NCBI GenBank assembly: GCA_905331295.1
Contig: CAJNYD010000555.1
Location: 45,319-65,318 of the forward strand
Reading direction: 5' to 3'
DNA length: 20,000 nucleotides
From: Rotaria socialis
Taxonomy: Eukaryota
Below are positions 1 through 10,643 of this stretch, piece by piece (position 1 is the stretch's first letter; the number at the start of each line of letters is the position of its first letter). A model generated the notes under the pieces. The model had not been told where the DNA came from and ran no database searches. It was given only the letters and a program-made list of their open reading frames with translations. The position numbers and the translations under genes were made by a program.

Positions 1-806
1 CTTCATTGAATAGCGCTTTTGCAAATGTGTCATATATTGTGCTGTTTTATAAAACAAAATCCCCTGGAATATCTTCCATGATATGATAAGATAGATTAGA
101 TTCATAAAAGGCTTTTCATAATGGTAAATATTATTTTTTTTATGAGAGAATTATGACAAAGAATTAATTGTTGTATATTAAAAAAGATTCTAATTAAATT
201 TCGTTGTGGTAGCACAGAAAAGATTGCCGCATAGTGTTACTTACGTGATATGAAGAATGGTTCGAAAAATCAATGTACTTCTATAGAAATGAATGTAAAC
301 AATTAGAAAAATATATTTTATTTGTAGTAATAAAAACATATTCATATTGATCGCATGATTATAATGTGATGTAGTTGAACAATGGCACTTGCACTGTTTG
401 ATTGAGTATTAAGTAATTTTGTTTTCTGATGATCTTTCATTTAGGTATTCTCTTAAATTATCGTGAACGCTTTTGTTTCATTTGAGTTCATCATTTAAAA
501 AAAACTGATTTGCCACGATGATTTCGATTTAATGTCGATAGAAACTTTCATTAAAATTGCTTATCTTTGAAGGCGATGAGTTGAGTTTACCTTCAGTACG
601 AAACATTTTCCCGAGAAGTCTCAATAATCATAGGGACATTATTGTAGTTTCTCCATGTTGCCTGATTATAGCAATAGGGAATATAGATATTCAAAAGCTA
701 ATTGATACTTTCTCTATACGAAGAAGAACAGCTACAAAATCTTAACAGGCATGTATTTCTATCAACCGAATAAAATCTGTAACTAGCATCATGATCATGT
801 TAGAAT

Positions 807-1627
807 TAGGTATGCACCGAACCCGGGTACAAACCAGGTGGTTCGGGTCAGTACTACTCGGATTCGGTTGTACCGGTATTCAGTTATAGCCGGGTTCGGT
901 CATCCTCCGATTCTGTCTTACCCGGTATTCGGTACTACCCGGGTTTCTTCATATCCAGATTCGGTACTGGGATTCGCGGGTCCACTTATTCGTATCTCTC
1001 GAAGCATGGAAATCAATAATAAATAGCACCTATGGATATATAATAGATGGTAAAAAATGAGTTCATGTCAAAAATCCTTTGCCTTGCTCAGCCTATCATA
1101 GTTAATCTCATTTATCAGGAACGCATACAGTTAAATGAGCTTCTCTTAATATTTATATTGGACTCAACTACAAGAAATCGTCGAATGGTTCTCTTTATTA
1201 AATTTTCTAGAAACACATATGTATGATTTTTTTCCATCGGTCTACTAAGAATATCAATATCACCAATACTAAATTTTATTGGTATTGGTATTGGTAGTAT
1301 TCGAACTCTCACATCCCTACTTAGACTATCAGAAAGATCATTTCAATAAGGAGAACCATTCGACGATTTCCTGTAGCTGAATCCAGGAGAAATGTTAATA
1401 AAAGCTCATTTAATTCTATGCTTTCCTGATAATTAAGATTATCTATGATAAATTGAGGAAGAGACGATAAACCTTTGAAATAAAATCATTTTTTATTATC
1501 TATCTATATAGGTACTATTTGTTTTTCATTTCTATACTTCAAAGGATACGAATAAGTAAACACAGGAATCCCGTTATCCAATCTGGATATTACCGAACCC
1601 GAGTAGTTCGGGTTCAGTGCATGCCTA
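807..1627. mobile_element. Non-autonomous hAT-type DNA transposon (MITE, foldback-like)
   Basis: TIRs are TAGGTATGCACCGAACCCG (807-825) and the reverse complement of the right end, TAGGCATGCACTGAACCCG (17/19 match). A perfect 8-bp TSD, GTTAGAAT, lies at 799-806 and 1628-1635. There are many subterminal TTCGG/CCGAA motifs and long degenerate internal inverted arms (~950-1205 vs ~1340-1590). No transposase ORF. Confidence 0.9.
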
Positions 1628-2401
1628 GTTAGAATCCTGTAGACTATATTTAGTCAAAATTTTAAGAGATTATAATATTAATGCTAAATGCAAATATTTT
1701 CAACTAGGTAAAATTTTCATAATTTGCAGTGAGCCGGTTAGTTGTCATATTTTTCAATTGAAATATTTTTAAAACTTTGGAAATTACACGACTATTTCAT
1801 AGCAGTATATATAGATCACAATAGCAACTTCTTTTAAACTATATTTCTTTTTCTCCTGCAATGTGGGGATCGTAATATGAGTCAAGAGCAACAATGTATA
1901 GACGATCTGTATAGTATTGTCTTTATTTCGCAGATATTATTTATGTTTATTTAAATGTTCATCGTATTATTTTGACATACGGTATATAAGTATTTCTCTT
2001 CTTCAGTAAAACGTATGGCATACTTTGATTACTTGTCAACTAATTAAAATAAATTTACTTTTGCACTCTTCACTATTCGAGTTTTTTTCGGAAAAGAGAC
2101 ATTTCACACTAACTTTTCATTACGATTTGCCTGAGGAGATGTGCGTTACGATCTTCCTACATATAAAAACATACATGCTCTTCGGAATCACAAAAATTTA
2201 AAACAACCAGGGTGTTCGGAATGGAAGTTGTCCAGTAGGCCATAGCGGACAGCAGTATTTTTGAAAAACTGAAATTTGCGTGGCGTTCGGAATGAAAAGG
2301 GTGTGGGTGTAATAACAAATAGTCAAACCCATACCCTTATATAGTATTTCTATTTTCTTTAATATAGCGCACTCTATAAGTATTATGATATACTTACGAT
2401 C

Positions 2402-2650
2402 TCCAGGTAAAATAAGTTTACGGACATCCGGCCATTTTCGCTCCGATTTTCTGACAGTATTTTACATATTGTCGACCATTTCATTTCGATTTCCCTGTAT
2501 TTTTTTTAAATACGATATCTTAACCGACATGTGTTACGTACTTCCGGTAAATGTTTTAAAGGCAAAAAAGCAATTCCGAACACCTCAACGGATTACTGGG
2601 CGTCCGGGACACTGCTACGAAATGTCTTCGTCCCTTTTTTCCGACATGGT
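2402..2650. mobile_element. ~250-bp MITE-like element, degenerate
   Basis: It starts TCCAGGT and ends ACATGGT (reverse complement ACCATGT), with internal TCCG/CGGA motifs. Length and terminal motif resemble the elements at 6800-7051 and 12368-12614. The TIR match is short and no TSD is clear. Confidence 0.45.
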
Positions 2651-3262
2651 AATTTATAAATTAGAAAAATTGCAAAACTAAAATAAATTTCATCAAAGGT
2701 TTTCTCCCCTAGTACATATGGTATACTTTTACTTTCACTAACATAACTGAGGAGAAGACGAAAAAGTTTTTGTATGACTTTATTTTCTTGTCTCAAAAGT
2801 AAACATAAAACATTATTCAATTCCCGTGATTGATTGTTATGCAACTGTTGTTTTTTTTTATCGTACACAACGAGTTACGAATTATTTTGGTTTCAAAAAT
2901 GTATAGAATTGTTTTCTTTTCATCGAGTAAAAGAAATAAAACCCTAGAAATTATTTCATTGATTTGTCGAAGCCGAATTGAATTTCAATATGGAGAACTC
3001 TATACCACCTAGCAATGATAGTCACAAGACTGAAGTTACTCGTTAGAATATTCACTGAGAAATCAATTTTTTGATGGTGATGAATTATGAAATCGAATGA
3101 TCAAGTAACCATTGTAAAACAAAGCGCTGATTAAATACTTTTCTTCGATTATCAACATTTTTTGCATTTCGAAGGATCCCAAAGGTTCGCAAAATGCAAT
3201 TGAGAAAAAGTAGCATCATATTTCTTTTGGTTCATTTTCGCAAAATGTGTATAAACGATTAA

Positions 3263-4781
3263 TCAAGAGAGAGTTACTGTCGCAGTTATACCAGCGCCAA
3301 GTGAATCTGTGCTTAACCAAAAACTCACGATATACACTTGTCCAGCCGCAGCCGTAAATTGTTGACTAAGTCGATCGGCGCATGAATTACTTCCATCGCA
3401 GGCACAATAACTTCCACTTCGACAATTATAATTGCAAATTCGGGCTACGTACCCTCCACAACTTCCATATGGTCCAGTGCGTACCCAAGGTGAAAGTGAA
3501 CCAGTTTCGAAACCTATATTTGTTAGCATTTGTGTGCCTCCTTGATAGATAGAGGTATCATCAACATACCACTGACCTGGATCATTGCGCAGCTCAAACA
3601 TAAAAGTAACTGGACCTGTCGTAGGTGACGTCCATGAATATACATAGCAGCCGTATGTAGTGTCATTGGGAGACGAGATAGTCAAAAGAATACTTGCAAG
3701 ACCAACAGAAGTAGGAAGACATGGGGGTAACGGTGTAGTTGTTGTTGATGCTGTCGTTGTGGTTACCGATGTTGTTGAAGTTGCTGTCGTCGAAGTTGTT
3801 GTGGTTGCTGTTGTTGTCACAATATGTGTATTTGTGAGAAGAAAAACCAAGAGAGCAGCAATACCCATCAGAAGTAATAAAATACCAATAGATATTGAAA
3901 CACAACAACATGCCGAACAGGCCGGACAGATTTTACCAATACAGCGACGATTTCTTTTATTGGTTTTGTTTTTTTCAGTATTTTTCGCTGTTGTCTTTAA
4001 TCTGTCTTCAAGCACGCCCCATGCATATCGAAGACTTCTTGGTTTTGACTTTTGTTCTTGATATTCTTCCATTGATTTCATTCTCGATAAATTAGCTGAA
4101 ACATTATGGTTCATTACACTACTGAAAAGTTTACTGGATGATGATGCCTATGTCAGTAGTAAAGTAAATGAGGACTCAAAAAAAATAATATGTACCGAAA
4201 TCTCATTAAATTTATTTTTAGTTGTTCGAATACTGTGAGGATGAATGATATTGTGACGTTTTATTGATGAAGTTTCAGCCATTTCAATGACGAGTGGATG
4301 CATAGAAGTTGGTGAAACTGGATTTGATTTAAATTTATTAGTAGTAGTGGATATGCCACTCATTTTGCCTGAGCGTAAATCATCAGATAGTATCTAAATA
4401 AATAATTAAGAGATATTTATCAAATTAGAGGAAAACTATCGAGCATTGACTTCGCAGAATTATAGTAGATGTTCAATAGAACAAGAACAATTTCTTTTAA
4501 TAAAAGATTTTTATCTAGATTACATGGTTTACCTGTTTTTTTCGGATACGCTGATCATTGTTCTTATGCATGGAACGTTTTGTTTTCCTTCGGATTGATG
4601 AATTTCTACTAGCAAGAACTACTGTCACGGACCCCTTAAAAATAAAATCTCAGTAAATTAATGTGATACTTTCGAAAGAACTTGCGGTTTTTTTATATTT
4701 TTTATGAATGCTTGACTGCATATTTTCCCGACGAACAGGAACCACAGTGACTCGTATTTTCGGTTCAGTTTCGAACATCAT
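3263..4781 (-). CDS. Gene A: type II single-pass membrane protein with Thr-rich stalk and C-terminal CBM4/9-like (galactose-binding-like) domain, ~426 aa
   Basis: Exons are 4781-4686, 4634-4533, 4393-4196 and 4147-3263, all joined in phase 0 without stops. Introns are 51 nt (GC-AG), 139 nt and 48 nt. The protein runs MMFETEPKIRVTVVPV..., basic stretch KTNKRNRR, CIGKICPACSACCC, TM VSISIGILLLLMGIAALLVFLL, poly-Thr, then ...FELRNDPGQWYVDDTSI...TNIGFETGSLSPW...LSQQF...GQVYIVSFWL. Exons 1-3 match gene B in position (exons 2 and 3 are 102 and 198 nt in both). Confidence 0.85.
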
Positions 4782-5003
4782 ATTCACGTTACAACTTATA
4801 ATGAAAGAATGATTGTAATGAAATCACAGCAACTATCCGCATATAAAATTTCATTTCTCTGATTCAGCACGAGGTGCCACTAACTCAAAATGAGAGCCGA
4901 TTTTGAAGGCTTTCTTCTTCAAAAGTTTGTTACACTTTGCTTTATACAGAAACAAAAATAAGATTGCTTTATTTTGTTGTCATTGTCTTGATACATTAGT
5001 AAT

Positions 5004-5380
5004 AGGGCGCTATGGCTGAATGGTTAAGATGTTCGGCACATATCTACAAGATAGTGTGTTCAAACCTCGGCGCCATCATCCATAGAATAACCGTGGACAA
5101 GTTACTATCGGCTGTTTTGTCTCGGACCATCCATCCGATAGCACGCTGATTACATATGACATACATAAAAATATCCTCATGGATAGTATGTGGTTAGTCA
5201 GTATGCATGGGAAGCTTAAGTAATTAAGCGGAAGGAACTCTGAGTCAGGCCGGCCTTCTGTCCAGAGCTGCAGCTAGTAATAGTTGTAGGAAAAATATCG
5301 GGCTCTTGAAACTGTCTCCGGACAGCATCCTATACTGAAAGGTAGCCGCAAGGCAAGGGTTTCTTTCTTTCTTTTCTTTC
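5004..5380 (+). mobile_element. tRNA-derived SINE
   Basis: The 5' head is tRNA-like, with A box TGGCTGAATGG, B-box-like GTGTTCAAACC and GGCGC...GCGCC acceptor-like pairing (~5006-5074). A (TTTC)n tail runs ~5360-5380. A perfect 12-bp TSD, TACATTAGTAAT, lies at 4992-5003 and 5381-5392. Confidence 0.9.
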
Positions 5381-5782
5381 TACATTAGTAATTCAATATA
5401 GTTTGAGACAATATAAAAGACATGAGAAAAAAGAAGCTCTAATGCTTTAGAATACATATACATATTCCATTGTGCGGTAAATATTATTTAAATATTTACG
5501 AGCTAATATAAGGAAGAGATATATGTTGAGAATATAGATCAAAAGAGCATTTTAGTGTATGTTTTATTTTATTTAGGCTCAAAAACAGAAAGAAAAATAT
5601 TGATGAAAAAATGTTAATTCGGTTTGAGATTGATCAGATTTTGTATGCCTATTTTTTTCAGATGAAAAATAAACTTTCTTTGATCATTAATAGGGTTTGA
5701 ATTTAATCATAGATTTCAAGATGAAGAATAATATTGAATTCTACATCGAACAATGATTTTTGATGAATATTATGAGATTGTT

Positions 5783-6190
5783 TACTCGTCAAAAGTCGCA
5801 GCAGCAACGACTAAGAAAATGTCTACTCGGCTTCTTCTGCCTTCAAAGAATAGATGCTCAGATGACCAAAAGACTAGTAAAAAGACTAGTCTTTTTTCTA
5901 GACAAGTCGGCCCATCCAGTCTAGTCTTTTTCTCAAAAAGTCCTAGTACATGACTAGTCTGAAATCCCGTATAGTCCATAGTGCCCGTTCGGACTATGAA
6001 AGTGACTGGAGTCATTCTATTTATCATGCGTAGTCTTTTTCGAAAAAAGTCTAGACATGCTGTACCATCCTGACGCCCGTCAAAAATATGATTCTAAATA
6101 AAAGTAAGAGCGTCCATGACGTTTTGCATGGCGAGTTGTGGTCTTATATAATGAAGAGATCCTGACTAGTCTAAACTGAAATATTTTATG
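5783..6190. repeat. Degenerate repeat/MITE debris rich in GACTAGTC / TCTAGAC palindromic motifs
   Basis: GACTAG/CTAGTC/CTAGAC motifs recur many times between ~5870 and 6172, and CGTCAAAA appears at ~5787 and ~6078. Element boundaries cannot be resolved by eye. Confidence 0.4.
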
Positions 6191-6799
6191 ACTACAACTA
6201 GATTTGAACACACATACCAACTATTACTTATCCATCGTTCAGACCATTGAACCATTTGATCGAGAGATTAATTTATCAGTACTTCTAGTCATTCTAAGAT
6301 GCTTTAAAATACGAATTTTTCCTATGTTTTATTCAATTTTTCGTGTGAATAAAAATTTTTTTTATAAATTCAAAAATTATTCAGATGAAATTGAATAAAG
6401 TAAATCGAAAGCTGTGGTTATTTTATCCTATGTTTTTGTCTTGTTTCAGTCATTAATTTAGCAATTCAGCAGGACATTTTATTCAACAATTTTTTTCCTT
6501 CTAATATTTAGATAATTCAGAATTCGGACTGACGGTGTACTTAAAAAATACAGAATAATCTTTACGAACATACAACAGTTTATATTAGCCTAGGAACAGT
6601 CCTTCTAACTAGCATTAAAGGCATTTTCGGGTAGTGAGAATCAGTGTCCATCAAGTGATTTCTGCACGCATGGTATATGGAAGACACCCATTTGTGTTTT
6701 AGAATATATACATAGACATAAGGCTTACTGTATTATGGACTACCGCCAAGACGCCAGTCTGATAGTCTAGACGTCTGTGCGTGGTTGTCTTTTTTCTCT

Positions 6800-7051
6800 T
6801 CCAGGGTGAAGAATCCGATAGTCGGATCCTGTCGGATCCTAGTGGAAAATTATCGGATTTTATCGGATCCGATGGGAATTCATTGGAAATTGGCGGAATC
6901 CTTGGCATTGGATTCCGACAGGAAGTTGTCGGATGTCGGAAAATGCCTGAATGACCAGGACCCTGTCGGAACCCTAAAAATCCGACACCTTCGACATCCG
7001 ACAACTTCCGACGCACTCCCATCGGATCCGATGGGGTGAGTTCGACCTGGG
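6800..7051. mobile_element. ~250-bp MITE-like element with TCGGA/TCCGA internal repeats
   Basis: The left end is TCCAGGGTGAA and the right-end reverse complement is CCCAGGTCGAA. It is a GC-richer island made of many TCGGA/TCCGA motifs in both orientations. The overlapping ORFs are artefacts of this repeat. Confidence 0.65.
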
Positions 7052-7466
7052 AGCTTTTTTATTTATCGAAAAGTCGATGTTGCTGCGATTTGTATTAATT
7101 CTTTTCTTAATCGTCAGCTACAATTTAAACGTGTGCAATTTATGTGATTTTCTTTTTTTTGTCACATGGATGATGTTCGTGCATGACACCGAAGCGTGAG
7201 GACGAACCACACAGTTCTGGATGAAATAAAATTATTACAATAATAATAATCACTTGAAATCAACATTTTATTTTCTGTGGAAAAATAATTGAAGTTAAAT
7301 TATTCGGTATTTTATGACTATTTTTTATTTATTTTTATATATCTACCGATTTTATAGTCATTCAACAACTAAAATTGTATGCTATATCACGTTTGTTCAT
7401 CAGCAATCAGAATTTCATCGATGATGATACAATATATAAATGATTCGAGCTCTGTATTAAAATAAA

Positions 7467-10400
7467 TTACGTGAGAGTTACTGTCGCAGTTATACCAGCG
7501 CCAAGTGAATCTGTGCGTAACCAAAAACTCACGATATACACTTGTCCAGCCGCAGCCGTAAATTGTTGACTAAGTCGATCGGCACATGAATTACTTCCAT
7601 CGCAGGCACAATAACTTCCACTTCGACAATTATAATTGCAAATTCGGGCTACGTACCCTCCACAACTTCCATATGGTCCAGTGCGTACCCAAGGTGAAAG
7701 TGAACCAGTTTCGAAACCTATATTTGTTAGCATTTGTGTGCCTCCTTGATAGATAGAGGTATCATCAACATACCACTGACCTGGATCATTGCGCAGCTCA
7801 AACATAAAAGTAACTGGACCTGTGGTAGGTGACGTCCATGTATACGCGTAACAATTATACCCAGTAGCAGTAGGATTTGAGATAGTCAAAAGAGTACTTG
7901 CAGAACCTACTGAGGTTGGTATACAGGGAGGTGTCGGCGTCGTTGCTATTTACATTGGTAAAACAGATTATCAAAGGCAAGCAAAGTAAAATACAAGTTA
8001 CCTGTTGTGCTGGTAGAAGTTGAACCTAGAAAAATTAATAAAATTTATTTAAGCAAAACAAACAATCTCTTCTTTGAAGAATGATAGCAAAGGATCTACT
8101 TTTTTGTAGCTATCAGAGACCATCACAGGGCACAACAAACGACTTTGCCTTGGGAGCTGTGTACTGATCCTAATTTATTTTTTTCTGATTGACAATATTT
8201 GATGTCAATTTTAACCCAATTACTCTTTGTCCAATGTATTTTGATCGAGTGATATGAACTCAAGCTGTTTGTAAATTGAAATTAAGTAGTAATGTAATTG
8301 AGTCTTTATTTTAATACATATCTTATAAAGTATGAACGTCATATAAAGTTGTTGCTCAAGAACTTTATGAACGAAAAGAACTCTTTAACAAAAAAAAAGT
8401 AAATAAAAATTTTCTTTTCATTCAAAAGATCCAATTTTAATCGAGCCATTTAAAAAATAGGCGACTTTGAAGTAAATAACCAACAAAAATAGAAGATTAT
8501 TCTGTACTAGAAAACTGCTCACTAAAATATTTCATGAAGCTTTACAATTAAGAAATGACGATGTCATTTTGTCTTTTTAATCTATTTATAGTGACCGATA
8601 TATTCAATCTTTATTTTCAGAAATAAAAAATTTTGAAGAAATTTTGTAATAAATAGAAAGAATTTGTTTATGTCTATTTTATAAAAATTAAGATGAAATA
8701 GGACTCTCAGTAAAAAACCTTTTTTGTATTTAAATTACTTTCCTTCCAAAAAAAAAATGGTGTTTTTTTCTAGTGAAAATCCTAGTATTCAACAACACTT
8801 TCTCAATAAAAATGCTTAACTCAATAATAATAAAATTACCTCAAAAATTTTTGAATATAAATTTGAATGCTGTTATAAAACAAATATGTAAAGAATCAAC
8901 ACTTTCGGAGCAGCAATGTGGTATAGAATTTTTGAAAAACTTATGCATTTCTATTGCGCAGGGAAGGGCTGACTAATATTATTATCATTTTGGTTCACAC
9001 CAATAAGTGTCATTTCTCGTCACAAAGTGGAGCATGACATGTGTCTGGCGCTAAAATTGTGCTTAGCATCAACGAACAATCAAACAGTTTGATTGGAATA
9101 GTAGCATTTCAATCAATTTTTTAGGAGAAAAATACCAATTAAAATTGGATTTCTTCTCGAATCTTCGTACAAACACTGCTATCGGACACGCGATTCTATT
9201 TAATTGCATACTAATTTTTTGATTTTGACATTCTTTCGTGAAGACATAAAATGAATATGATCACTAGTCTTGAAAAGCAAATACATTACTTTAATCAAGC
9301 CTTACGATCTCATATAGGCATATTCAATTTAGAGATTTCATTTCAAATTGCCCTGCTCTGTGATACTCTATGGTAGCTATCAATCATAGCTGCGAAGCTG
9401 AGAAAAATAAAAACTATATTATCATTTTTCACTTTACTCACTTGTTGTTGTTGTTGTTGTTTGTGCTTGTATATACGAAAAAGAAAGAATTATACTGGTT
9501 TTCTCATGCGACAAAGACATTACTTACATGTAGATGATGTTGAACCTATCATAAACACAAAATAGTAAAGATTAATAGTAAAAAATTACAAATTACTTGT
9601 GGACGATGTCGTTGTAGTTGAAGTTGTCGATGTTGATGTTGTTGAAGTTGTCGACGTTGATGTCGTCGAAGTTGTTGTTGTTGCTGTTGTTGTCACAATA
9701 TGTGTATTTGTGAGAAGAAAAACCAAGAGAGCAGCAATACCCATCAGAAGTAATAAAATACCAATAGATATTGAAACACAACAACATGCCGAACAGGCCG
9801 GACAGATTTTACCAATACAGCGACGATTTCTTTTATCGGTTTTGTTTTTTTCAGTATTTTTCGCTGTTGTCTTTAATCTGTCTTCAAGCACGCCCCATGC
9901 ATATCGAAGACTTCTTCGTTTTGGCTTTTGTTCTTGATATTCTTCCATTGATTTCATTCTCGATAAATTACTTGAAACATCATGGTTCATTACACTACTG
10001 AAAAGTTTACTGGATGATAATGCCTATGTCAGTAGTAAAATCAACGAGAAATCAAGAAAACTAATTAGTACCGAAGTCACATTGAAGTTATCTGTAGTTG
10101 TTCGAATTCTTTGAGGGTGAATAATAGTTGGAGTTCGGATTGATGAAATTTCATGCATTTCGATGATGACTGGGTGCATAAAAGTTGGTGTAACTGTATT
10201 TGATTTAAATTTATTAACAGATGTTGATAGACCACCTATTTCATCTAAGTGTAAATCATCAGACAACATCTAAATAAATAATTAAAAAATATTTATGAAA
10301 TCAGATAAAATTACTTTCGTATTTACAATGGGAAAAAGAATTTCGACACAACAATATTTTAAGATAAAAGATTTTACTTCAGATCATACTATTTACCTGA

Positions 10401-10643
10401 TTTTCTTCATCACCTTGACCATTGTTTTGACGTATGGAACGACTCCTTCTTCTTCGAGTTGATGTATCTCTACTGTCAGGAACTACTTTCGCGGTCGCCT
10501 TGAAAACAAGACCTCAATAAAGTAAGGTTTTGCTATTCATAAGAGCTTACTTGTGTCTGATGGTTTTTATTAATGCTTAAATGAATATTTTTTCGATGAA
10601 CGGGAACTACAGTTACACATTTTTTCTCTCTAGATTCTGCCAT
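7467..10643 (-). CDS. Gene B: paralogue of gene A, type II membrane protein with micro-exon-encoded Thr/Ser stalk and CBM4/9-like domain, ~454 aa
   Basis: Exons are 10643-10551, 10498-10397, 10269-10072, 10023-9597, 9545-9528 (18 nt), 9465-9442 (24 nt), 8025-8002 (24 nt) and 7945-7467. All introns are GT-AG, phases are consistent (0,0,0,1,1,1,1) and the 1365-nt frame is open. It starts MAESREKKCVTVVPV. The TM and C-terminal domain are nearly identical to gene A. Confidence 0.85.
8114..9372. mobile_element. Non-autonomous hAT-type element inside an intron of gene B
   Basis: A perfect 8-bp TSD, GTAGCTAT, lies at 8106-8113 and 9373-9380. The imperfect TIRs are CAGAGACCATCACAGGGCA and CATAGAGTATCACAGAGCA (15/19). 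The interior is AT-rich with no transposase ORF. Removing the element leaves a 149-nt intron. Confidence 0.8.

Noticed and set aside
557..3012. Short ORFs (557-745, 838-1026, 1115-1312, 2385-2681, 2593-2868, 2830-3012) as genes or transposase fragments
   Set aside because: Most lie within or beside repeat elements, and none shows DDE/transposase or other protein motifs.
3660..4095. Plus-strand Val-rich ORFs (3660-4061, 3895-4095; also 9599-9937 and 9771-10001)
   Set aside because: They are antisense shadows of the Thr-rich and TM exons of genes A and B.
5006..5078. Functional tRNA gene
   Set aside because: The anticodon and T arms pair poorly, and the sequence is the head of a TSD-flanked element with a simple-repeat tail, so it is a SINE.
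6699..7039. ORFs 6699-7022 (-) and 6785-7039 (+), and a possible CRISPR-like array
   Set aside because: They arise from short TCGGA/TCCGA motifs in a MITE. There is no constant repeat with unique spacers and no cas genes.
7168..7210. Hammerhead ribozyme (GTGAGGACGAA resembles a stem II/GAAA segment)
   Set aside because: There is no CTGANGA core in register, and it reads GAAC rather than GAAA.
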